This document shows positions 52,074 to 59,849 of a stretch of 64,000 nt of DNA, one piece after another. The DNA lies in assembly GCA_963845565.1 (NCBI GenBank), contig CAWJSJ010000002.1:2112001-2176000 (forward strand), written 5' to 3'. The stretch comes from an uncultured Methylomirabilota bacterium. GTDB taxonomy: Bacteria; Methylomirabilota; Methylomirabilia; Methylomirabilales; 2-02-FULL-66-22. A model generated the notes under the pieces. The model did not search any database. It saw only the letters and a program-made list of their open reading frames with translations, and was not told where the DNA came from. Made by a program: the position numbers and the translations under genes. The stretch's first letter is position 1. Each line of letters opens with the position of its first letter.

Positions 52074-53570
52074 TCACACGTTGAGAGGAAAGTGTACCGT
52101 GAAGGTGGTGCCGAGGCCGACCTCGCTCTTGACGTCGATAGTGCCCTTGTGGTCCTCGACGATCCGGTGGGTGATGGCCATGCCCAAGCCCATCCCCTTC
52201 TCCTTGGTGGTGAAAAAGGGGTCGAAGATGCGGGGCAGGCGATCCGCCGGAATGCCCTGGCCGGTGTCCGTAACCATCACGCGAAGCGCTGGTTCCGGCT
52301 GGGGGTGGGGAGGGCCGGAATTGGAAAAGACCATGGCGGGGACCGTGCCCGTCCGGACGGTCAGGTCGCCGCCCGCGGGCATTGCCTGGATGGCATTCGA
52401 CACCAGATTGCTGAAGCACCGATGCAGCCGCTTCCGGTCGGCCATACAGAAGGGCAGTTCGGGATCGTACTCCTGCGCGAGCTTGACCTTCTGAGTGGCC
52501 ATCTGGTTTTCAAACAGCTCCAGAACCTGCGCGAAGACCTCATTGAGATTGACGGGGTCCCGGTGAATCGCGACGGGGCGGGCCAGTTCCATCATGTCCT
52601 CGATGACGGCCTGGACCCGCTCCAGCTCTCGTGGCACCACTCGGTTGAACTTTTCCCGCACGTCGGGGTCGTCGTGATGCAGCGACATGAGCTGCGAAAA
52701 GATCAGGATGGAGGTCAGGGGATTGCGGATGTCGTGAGCGATCCCGGCCGCCATGGTGCCCAGGGCGGCCAGGCGATCGGCGCGCCGCAGACGATCCTCC
52801 AGGTCGCGCACCCGAGAGAGCTGGGCGATCATCTCATTGAACGCCGCCGACAGTTGTCCCAGCTCATCTCGCGAGGTGATCTCGATCCGATGGTCGAACT
52901 CGCCGCGGCCGACGGCGGCCACGCCGCGCATCAGCGCCTGGATCGGCCGGGCCGTACGCCGCGCCAGAAAAATGGAGCCGACGCTTCCGATCAGCAGCCC
53001 GAGAAGCACGAACCCTGCGATCTGCCAGCGCGTCCGAGTGATTTCCTGATGCATGGCCTGGAGGGAGACTCCAAGGCGGATCACCCCCCACGTTTCTTGC
53101 GATCCCTCGATGGTCACGGGAAGTCGCACGTCATATACCGTCTCCCGCTCGGTACCGGGAAGATGGAGCTGGTCCACGGTCGCGTCGCCGGGCTTCACGT
53201 CGTTCCGTCGTTGTAGCAGTTGACCGAGCGGGTAGTCTGGGATGAACTGCGCGGCGACGTTGCCTTCCTTGTCGAGGACCACGGCGTATACGAGATCCGG
53301 TTTCTTCTTGAACTGATCCAGCGTTTGCTCGATGGACACATAGTTGTAAGTCAGAAGATCGCTGGCCACCGAACCCGCCAGCGCTTCGACCATGACGAGC
53401 GCGCGCTTCTCGACTTCCTGGACGATGGCGGTCCGCTGCCGCTGCTCGACCAGAAAAGCCGAACTGCCGATCAGCAACACGATGAGCAGGTTCACCAGCA
53501 GGGCGAGTTTGACCCGGAAGCTCAATCGTTCGGCCCACGCGAGCCAGTGGAACCTCTTGAACGGACTCAT
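52074..53570 (-). CDS. membrane sensor histidine kinase (2 TM, periplasmic sensor, HAMP, HisKA, HATPase)
   Basis: DELGQL..AFN.M (HAMP), AHDIRNPL, NL..NAIQA, DTGQG, FDPFFTTK, GMGLG; ATGA overlap with upstream SBP. Confidence 0.95.
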   Translation of the reverse strand: MSPFKRFHWLAWAERLSFRVKLALLVNLLIVLLIGSSAFLVEQRQRTAIVQEVEKRALVMVEALAGSVASDLLTYNYVSIEQTLDQFKKKPDLVYAVVLDKEGNVAAQFIPDYPLGQLLQRRNDVKPGDATVDQLHLPGTERETVYDVRLPVTIEGSQETWGVIRLGVSLQAMHQEITRTRWQIAGFVLLGLLIGSVGSIFLARRTARPIQALMRGVAAVGRGEFDHRIEITSRDELGQLSAAFNEMIAQLSRVRDLEDRLRRADRLAALGTMAAGIAHDIRNPLTSILIFSQLMSLHHDDPDVREKFNRVVPRELERVQAVIEDMMELARPVAIHRDPVNLNEVFAQVLELFENQMATQKVKLAQEYDPELPFCMADRKRLHRCFSNLVSNAIQAMPAGGDLTVRTGTVPAMVFSNSGPPHPQPEPALRVMVTDTGQGIPADRLPRIFDPFFTTKEKGMGLGMAITHRIVEDHKGTIDVKSEVGLGTTFTVHFPLNV

Positions 53571-55195
53571 TCGCGTCCCGGAGATTTTGCCAGCCAGATC
53601 TTTCGCATGGGGATGTATGGATCGCCCAGGGCGTTCACCTCGATGCTTCGCACATACGGTTGGAAGATCCGCTCGTAACTGTAGTAGTTCAAGGGGATGA
53701 TCGGTGCATCGTCGAGGATCAATCGCTCCGCCTCGCGGTACAAGATCACGCGCTTCGGAAGATTCTGCTGAATGCGGGCTTCGTCGAGTAGTCGGTCCAC
53801 CCGCGGGTTTCGGTAGCGCGTCATGTTGTTCCGACCCTGCGAATGGAAGAGGCGGTAGAGAAAATTCTCCGGCTCAGGGACGTCGCCGACCCAGCCATAT
53901 CGAAAGATGGGCATCTTCCCGTCGTACATGTCGCGGTTGAAGGCCGGAAAATCCGTATTGTAGCGGAATTCGATCTGGACGCCGATTTCGGCCAGTTGCT
54001 GTCGAAGGGTTGCATGTTCCCGTTCGACGATTTCCGAACGCGGGTTGGACCAGACTTGAAAAACGGGCAGGCCTTTCCCGTCCGGGAATCCGGCCTTTAT
54101 TAACAGGGCACGCGCACGCGCGGGATCATAGGCGTACGGTTTGAACTGGGGGTCATGGCCGTATGTTCCTGGTGGAAGGAAGCTGTTACCGGGCTTGTAT
54201 CGTCCCTTGTAAACGTTCTGCACCAAAGCGTCTCGGTCGATCGCGAAATTGAATGCCTGGCGCAATTCCCGGCTGGTAAGCGGCTCCTTGGTGGTGTCGA
54301 AGCCAAAGAACCGGACGCCGAGAATGGGTCGGCTTACGAACTGGTGTTGTTTGCTCTCACGCGCCGTGCCCAATTCGCTTGTTGGAACTGGGGTGTCCTC
54401 GAGGTCTCGTTTGCTGAACCTCGAATACATCTCCTCGATCTTCTGTCCGGGGAAGATACGGTATTGCAGACGATCCAGGAAGGGCCGCCCCGCGAAGTAG
54501 TCAGGGTTTGCCTCCAGCTGGATCATGTCGTCTTTTTTCCATCCGGCGAACTTGAACGGGCCCGTTCCTACGGGACGATTCCCGAACTCGACGCCACTGG
54601 CTTGCACCGCTTCCCGCGGTACCACCTTCGCGTACCCGATGGCCAGGCTGGAGACAAACGGGGCGGAGGCTTCGGCGAGAGAGATCTCGATCGTGTGCGC
54701 GTCCAAGACCCGGAAACCGGAGACGCTCCGGGTTCGGCCCTCGATAAAATCCCGTGCGCCCCGTACCTTCGCAAACACTTCGATGCCGCTGGAACGTACC
54801 TTGGGGTCAAGGATGCGGAGGAACGAGAACACGACGTCATCGGCAACCAATTCCCGGCCGTTATGGAACTTGACCCCCTTCCGCAAGAAAAACGTCCAAA
54901 CCAGATTATCTCGCGAACTCTTCCAGGTTTCGGCCAAAGCCGGCGCGATGGAGAGGGTGTTGTCGTACTGCACCAAGCCGTCGAAGATCTGCTGGACCAC
55001 CGTGACGGCATTCGTATCCGTGACCCCTGCAGGGTCGAGCGTGGAGGGATTGTTGCTCAATGGACGACGATATGTCCCGCCATACTGAGGCGTCGGGCCC
55101 TTACCCTTGGTTTGCGCTAAGACATCAGGGGCGCCGAGCATTCCGGGGGCGAGGGACAGGAAACACAGAACGCAGAGAACGCGATGCAGCAGCAC
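53567..55195 (-). CDS. family 5 (Opp/Dpp-like) peptide-binding solute-binding protein, without adjacent permease or ATPase
   Basis: TLDPA, FDGLV, PALAE.W, LRKGVKFHNG, PVGTGPFKF, RQAFNFAIDR. Confidence 0.93.
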   Translation of the reverse strand: MLLHRVLCVLCFLSLAPGMLGAPDVLAQTKGKGPTPQYGGTYRRPLSNNPSTLDPAGVTDTNAVTVVQQIFDGLVQYDNTLSIAPALAETWKSSRDNLVWTFFLRKGVKFHNGRELVADDVVFSFLRILDPKVRSSGIEVFAKVRGARDFIEGRTRSVSGFRVLDAHTIEISLAEASAPFVSSLAIGYAKVVPREAVQASGVEFGNRPVGTGPFKFAGWKKDDMIQLEANPDYFAGRPFLDRLQYRIFPGQKIEEMYSRFSKRDLEDTPVPTSELGTARESKQHQFVSRPILGVRFFGFDTTKEPLTSRELRQAFNFAIDRDALVQNVYKGRYKPGNSFLPPGTYGHDPQFKPYAYDPARARALLIKAGFPDGKGLPVFQVWSNPRSEIVEREHATLRQQLAEIGVQIEFRYNTDFPAFNRDMYDGKMPIFRYGWVGDVPEPENFLYRLFHSQGRNNMTRYRNPRVDRLLDEARIQQNLPKRVILYREAERLILDDAPIIPLNYYSYERIFQPYVRSIEVNALGDPYIPMRKIWLAKSPGRE

Positions 55196-55263
55196 GTTGG
55201 TGCTCCAGTTGGCGCGACCTTTGTTGTGCGAGGGCGCGTTAGGCGCTTGAGTGTGTACCGTGG

Positions 55264-55292
55264 AGGCTAGCGCTCGCGCTGCCCGAAGTCAA
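55264..55292 (-). promoter_or_regulatory. sigma70-type promoter candidate for SBP-kinase unit
   Basis: TTGACT-N17-TAGCCT on minus strand, just downstream of the terminator. Confidence 0.55.
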
Positions 55293-55320
55293 GGTGCGTG
55301 TGCGGAAAGGGCGGCGGGAC

Positions 55321-55355
55321 AAACAAAAGAGCGCGACCCTGAGGATCGCGCTCTT
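55321..55355 (-). terminator. intrinsic terminator after the peptide genes
   Basis: AAGAGCGCGA-N9-TCGCGCTCTT stem running into TTTTGTTT on minus strand. Confidence 0.8.
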
Positions 55356-55389
55356 ACTCGGTAGTCTTAATGAGTGCTGTCTTTATTCC

Positions 55390-55524
55390 CTACTCGCCGC
55401 CGCCCCCGTCACCCTCGGCCATGCCAACGCGGCTGAACACCTGGGTCGAAGACTGGAGCTCCATCGCCGGAACGATCGCCAGAAGACCGAGCACCACCAG
55501 GGCGAGCACGATGAGCTTCTTCAT
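55390..55524 (-). CDS. 44-aa secreted peptide precursor, third in transcription order
   Basis: GGAGGA RBS, ATG..TAG; MKKLIVLALVVLGLLAIVPAMELQSSTQVFSRVGMAEGDGGGGE. Confidence 0.85.
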   Translation of the reverse strand: MKKLIVLALVVLGLLAIVPAMELQSSTQVFSRVGMAEGDGGGGE

Positions 55525-55602
55525 GTCAGTTCCTCCGCTTTGGCAGCGTAAGTTATTTTATTGAATGATAACGGCTTCGTTTCCACTCGGACGAATGATT
55601 GC

Positions 55603-55737
55603 CTACTCGCCGCCGCCCCCGTCACCCTCGGCCATGCCAACGCGGCTGAACACCTGGGTCGAAGACTGGAGCTCCATCGCCGGAACGATCGCCAGAAGAC
55701 CGAGCACCACCAGGGCGAGCACGATGAGCTTCTTCAT
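55603..55737 (-). CDS. 44-aa secreted peptide precursor, second in transcription order
   Basis: identical to the other copies. Confidence 0.85.
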   Translation of the reverse strand: MKKLIVLALVVLGLLAIVPAMELQSSTQVFSRVGMAEGDGGGGE

Positions 55738-55815
55738 GTCAGTTCCTCCGCTTTGGCAGCGTAAGTTATTTTATTGAATGATAACGGCTTCGTTTCCACT
55801 CGGACGAATGATTGC

Positions 55816-55950
55816 CTACTCGCCGCCGCCCCCGTCACCCTCGGCCATGCCAACGCGGCTGAACACCTGGGTCGAAGACTGGAGCTCCATCGCCGGAACG
55901 ATCGCCAGAAGACCGAGCACCACCAGGGCGAGCACGATGAGCTTCTTCAT
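55816..55950 (-). CDS. 44-aa secreted peptide precursor, first in transcription order
   Basis: identical to the other copies; first gene after the sigma54 promoter. Confidence 0.85.
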   Translation of the reverse strand: MKKLIVLALVVLGLLAIVPAMELQSSTQVFSRVGMAEGDGGGGE

Positions 55951-56070
55951 GTCAGTTCCTCCGGTTGGTTGAGAATCGTTTTTGAGTCTTCGACGAATCT
56001 ACACGCGTGATTCGTTGTTGGTCGCTGGTGTGTTTTCGCTGTGTTTCTCGTCGTACGGTGTCTACAGGAA

Positions 56071-56086
56071 AGCAGGCTTCGTGCCA
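56071..56086 (-). promoter_or_regulatory. sigma54 (-24/-12) promoter of the peptide genes
   Basis: TGGCACGAAGCCTGCT on minus strand (GG-N10-GC). Confidence 0.75.
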
Positions 56087-56264
56087 GGTGTCGGGATTGC
56101 GCGATGTGGGCCGGGAAATGGCCGTGCATGGCGGCGATCTGTGGGTGAAGGTCGCCCCCCAAGAATCCCCGATGCCCAATTCTCTGGGCGAACGACGCAT
56201 CGAAATCGGAGATTATCGCCGCGGAAGGAAGGGAACTGCTTGAATCGGAAGGGGTTTATGTCGA

Positions 56265-56303
56265 TGTCAGATTTTTTGTGCAAGCTGCTACAAAAATCGT
56301 GCA
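56265..56303. promoter_or_regulatory. candidate tandem enhancer (UAS) sites for the sigma54 activator
   Basis: two 18-bp sites TGTCAGATTTTTTGTGCA and TGCTACAAAAATCGTGCA, 21 bp apart. Confidence 0.55.
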
Positions 56304-56325
56304 AGCCAGCATACACGAAGAGTGG

Positions 56326-57735
56326 CTAACTATTCGGAAATAGCTGGGGGCGAGAGTCAATCCGCAAGCGCTGCAGCTTCCACGCGAGCGTATTGCGATG
56401 CAAGCCGAGTACCCGAGCAGCTTCTGTCTGGTTCCACTGCACTTTTTCCAGGATGTTCAGGATATATTGGCGCTCGAAATGGCCCCGTGCCTCCCGCAAA
56501 GACAGTCCTGCCTTCTGGATGTCCTCGATGACATCCCCGCCAAGAATAGAGATTTCCAGGGGCAGCTCCCGCAGTGAGATCGTCTCGCTCTGGGCGAGGG
56601 CCACGGCCCGCTCGATCACGTTTTCCAGTTCGCGCACGTTGCCCGGCCAGTCGTAATGATAGAGAGCGGCCGTCGCCCCGGCGGAGAAACCCTTCACCTT
56701 CCGGACGAACTCCCGATTGTACTTGCCGATGAAGTGCTCCACCAGCAGCGGAATGTCCTCGCGCCGCTGACGCAGCGGCGGGAGAACGATCGGGACCACG
56801 TTCAGCCGGTAATACAGGTCCCCTCGGAACGTACCATCCTCGATCGCCTTCTTCAGGTCCCGGTTGGTCGCGGCGATGACCCGGACATCGATCTTGATGG
56901 TCCGGGTGCCGCCGACCCGCTCCACCTCGCGCTCCTGGAGGGCTCGGAGGATCTTCGCCTGAAGGTCCAGGCGCATGTGGCCGATCTCGTCCAGGAAAAG
57001 ACTCCCCCCGGTCGCGAGCTCGAACTTTCCCACCTTGGTGGCGATGGCCCCGGTGAATGCCCCCTTCTCGTGACCGAAGAGCTCCGACTCCAGGAGTTCC
57101 GCCGGGATGGCGGCGCAGTTGACGGCGACGAAGGGGCGCTGGTTCCGGTTGCTCTGCTGGTGGATGGCGCGGGCCAGCACCTCTTTCCCGGTTCCGCTCT
57201 CGCCGCTCAGCAGCACCGTCGCATTGTTATCGGCGATCCGGGCGACCAGGGTGTAGATCTCTTGCATCCGTTGGTTGCGCCCCACGAGATTCTCGAAGCG
57301 GTGGTCGCGCGCGATCTCGGAGCGCAGGTAGAGGACCTCCTTGACGAGTTCCTGCTTCTCGACCACGCGCTTGATCAGCGAGAGGATGTCGTGGGTGTCG
57401 AAGGGCTTGGTGATGTAGTCGGATGCGCCGAGCTTGATGGCCTCGATGGCGGTCTTCAGGGATTTGACTGCGGTGACGATCACCACCTCGGTCTGTTCGT
57501 TCAGGTCTTTGATCCGGCGCAGGACCTCGATTCCGTCCATGCCCGGCATCCGAATGTCGAGCAGCACGAGATTGACGTCGCGGGTGCTCAGGATGCGGAG
57601 CGCCTCGGGGCCCTGGGCGGCGAAGAGCAGGTCGTAATCCTTGGCGAGGACCGCCTCGAAGGATTCGCGGATGGCGGCGTCATCGTCCACCACCAGGATG
57701 CAGGCCCGGATCGGATGCCCGTCGTGATTCGTCAT
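56326..57735 (-). CDS. sigma54-dependent response regulator (NtrC/AtoC family: REC-AAA+-Fis HTH)
   Basis: VVDDD, LLDIRMP, GESGTGKE, ESELFGHEKGAFTGA, LFLDEIG, WPGNVREL, NQTEAARVLGLHRNTL. Confidence 0.97.
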   Translation of the reverse strand: MTNHDGHPIRACILVVDDDAAIRESFEAVLAKDYDLLFAAQGPEALRILSTRDVNLVLLDIRMPGMDGIEVLRRIKDLNEQTEVVIVTAVKSLKTAIEAIKLGASDYITKPFDTHDILSLIKRVVEKQELVKEVLYLRSEIARDHRFENLVGRNQRMQEIYTLVARIADNNATVLLSGESGTGKEVLARAIHQQSNRNQRPFVAVNCAAIPAELLESELFGHEKGAFTGAIATKVGKFELATGGSLFLDEIGHMRLDLQAKILRALQEREVERVGGTRTIKIDVRVIAATNRDLKKAIEDGTFRGDLYYRLNVVPIVLPPLRQRREDIPLLVEHFIGKYNREFVRKVKGFSAGATAALYHYDWPGNVRELENVIERAVALAQSETISLRELPLEISILGGDVIEDIQKAGLSLREARGHFERQYILNILEKVQWNQTEAARVLGLHRNTLAWKLQRLRIDSRPQLFPNS

Positions 57736-57916
57736 GCCGTATCCCACCCCCGCGAGGTTCCCTTGGCACACATGCGACCCGGCCCGGCGGCCCGAAAGAC
57801 TGTTCGGGCTAGTAGCCCAAACGACGCAAGAAGTCAAGTCCAAAGGCCCGCCACGCCTTGACAGGGCCGGACAACTGTGCGACCGTTCGGTCCCTCATTA
57901 CGGGAGTCGGAATCAG

Positions 57917-59707
57917 ATGGACCTGCACGAGAAGATCCGCGGCCTCCCCGACGCGCCCGGCGTGTACCTGTTTACCGACGCCCAGGGCGCGCTGCTCTAC
58001 GTGGGCAAGGCGGTCTCCCTGCGAAAGCGAGTGCAGTCGTATTTCACCGAGCGGGATCTCGGCCACGATGCCGAGCGACTGGGCGCCATGGTGGCGCAGA
58101 TCGCCGAGGTGGAGTACCTGCTGACCGCGAACGAGCTGGAGGCGCTGATCCTGGAGAGCAACCTGATCAAGGAGCGGCGCCCCCGCTACAACATTGTCCT
58201 CCGCGACGACAAACATTATCCATTCATCCGGCTGGACCTGCGGGACCCTTTTCCGGCGCTGCAGGTGGTCCGCCGGATCCGTCGCGACGGCGCGCTTTAC
58301 TTCGGACCCTACGTGCCGGCCGGGACGATGTGGAACCTGCTGGCCCTGATCCACCGGACGTTTCCGCTGCGCACGTGCCGCAGCATCGCCGGGCGCACGC
58401 GTTGCCTGGAGTATCACCTGGGGCGTTGCCTGGCCCCCTGCGAGGCCCTGGTGACGGCACAAGAGTACGGCCAGATGGTGCAGGAGGTGCGGTTACTCTT
58501 GGAGGGCCGGGACCGCGAGGTCATCGGGCAGCTGGAGTCGCAGATGCGGACGGCGGCGGAGCGGCTGGAGTTCGAGCGTGCGGCGCGTCTGCGGGATCAG
58601 GTCGCATCGTTGCGCAGGGCCGGGGAGGGGCAACGGGTTCTGTCCGCCCGAGGCGAGAACCAGGACGTCTTCGGCGTGGCCCACGAGGGACGCGAGGCGC
58701 AGGTGCAGCTCCTGGTGGTGCGGGGCGGCAAGCTGATCGGGCGGGACCGCTTTCCCTTCGAGGCCGTGCCGTCGCAGGCGGCCGGCGCGCTCCTGGGGGC
58801 GCTCTTGCCTCAGTACTATCTGGGCGCCCGCGAGATCCCGGGGACGATCCTGACCTCGCACGCGCCGCCGGAGGCGGACCTGCTGGCGGCGATGCTCTCG
58901 GCGCGGGCGGGACAGCCGGTGACGCTCAAGGTGCCGGAGCGAGGCCCCAAGGCGCGGCTGGTGGAGATGGCGGTCGGCACCGCGGAGGCGGTCCTGGCGC
59001 AAAGCCTCGCCTCGGCATCGGCGCGGGAGCGCGCCGTGGCGGAGGTGCAGGCCGCACTCGCCCTGCCGCGCCCGCCCCGCCGGATCGAGTGTACGGATAT
59101 CTCCGACCTCTCCGGGACGCTGGCCGTCGGCTCTTTGATCGTGTTCGTGGATGGCCTCTCGCGCCGGTCGGAATACAAACGGTTCCGGATCCGGACGGTG
59201 GAAGGGGCGGACGACTACGCCATGCTGCGCGAGGTGCTGCGCCGGCGGCTGGCCCGGACGGAATGGCCAATGCCGGATCTGCTCCTGATCGACGGGGGCC
59301 GAGGGCAGCTCACAGCGGGGATGCTGGCGGCGCGGGAGGCCGGGTTCCCCGATCTTCCGCTGGCCAGTCTGGCCAAGGAGGAGGAGCTGGTCTTTCGTCC
59401 GGATCGGTCCCAGCCGATCCGGCTCCCGGACGGCTCGCGCGGCAAGCACCTGCTCCAACAGGTCCGCGACGAGACGCACCGATTCGCTCTGGCCTACCAC
59501 CGGACGCTCCGTGGGAAGGCGGGGCTCGCCTCCGCCCTGGACGAGATTCCCGGGGTCGGGACGAAGCGAAAACGCCAACTCCTGCAGCGGTTCGGGAGCC
59601 TCGCGCGGCTCCGCGACGCGTCGGTGGAGGAGCTGGTCCGGGTCGGTGGGATCCCGCCACGCGTGGCCGAGGCGACGCACCGGATGCTGAATGCGGTGGT
59701 GGAGTAA
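57917..59707 (+). CDS. uvrC: excinuclease ABC subunit C
   Basis: PGVY...YVGKA..LR.RV.SYF, PRYNI.LRDDK.YP, LIDGG.GQ, RDETHRFA, HhH. Confidence 0.97.
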   Translation: MDLHEKIRGLPDAPGVYLFTDAQGALLYVGKAVSLRKRVQSYFTERDLGHDAERLGAMVAQIAEVEYLLTANELEALILESNLIKERRPRYNIVLRDDKHYPFIRLDLRDPFPALQVVRRIRRDGALYFGPYVPAGTMWNLLALIHRTFPLRTCRSIAGRTRCLEYHLGRCLAPCEALVTAQEYGQMVQEVRLLLEGRDREVIGQLESQMRTAAERLEFERAARLRDQVASLRRAGEGQRVLSARGENQDVFGVAHEGREAQVQLLVVRGGKLIGRDRFPFEAVPSQAAGALLGALLPQYYLGAREIPGTILTSHAPPEADLLAAMLSARAGQPVTLKVPERGPKARLVEMAVGTAEAVLAQSLASASARERAVAEVQAALALPRPPRRIECTDISDLSGTLAVGSLIVFVDGLSRRSEYKRFRIRTVEGADDYAMLREVLRRRLARTEWPMPDLLLIDGGRGQLTAGMLAAREAGFPDLPLASLAKEEELVFRPDRSQPIRLPDGSRGKHLLQQVRDETHRFALAYHRTLRGKAGLASALDEIPGVGTKRKRQLLQRFGSLARLRDASVEELVRVGGIPPRVAEATHRMLNAVVE

Positions 59708-59750
59708 GGGGTCGGCCGGCGCCCGGCGGACGCGGTCCGCCGACCGCTAA

Positions 59751-59849
59751 GCCGTTGTCAAAGAATAAGTTGAGCGGAGACATTCCGAAACGGCATAAGG
59801 AGCCGTAACGAAATAGAAAGAGATGTATAGGTTATTTCGTAACGGCTCC
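59751..59849 (-). mobile_element. MITE-like repeat family A, copy 4 (inverted; TAA on plus strand on both sides)
   Basis: reverse complement of the family A sequence; TAA at 59748-50 and 59850-52. Confidence 0.85.

Larger units (their letters stand above)
55389..55962. repeat. 213-bp period direct repeat (gene-spacer-gene-spacer-gene)
   Basis: three identical gene+RBS units and two identical AT-rich spacers. Confidence 0.97.

Noticed and set aside
55390..55950. RiPP/bacteriocin precursor or Flp pilin interpretation of the 44-aa peptide
   Set aside because: No modifying enzymes, peptidase-ABC exporter or tad genes adjacent, and no prepilin G|xxxxE motif; a Sec-type signal is evident instead. 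Modification by distant enzymes cannot be excluded.
55389..55962. CRISPR array
   Set aside because: Units are ~150 bp with identical spacers and encode an ORF with RBS; no cas genes in the window.
55294..56010. Plus-strand ORFs listed in the ORF track across the 213-bp repeats
   Set aside because: No RBS or protein-like features; they are shadows of the minus-strand peptide genes.
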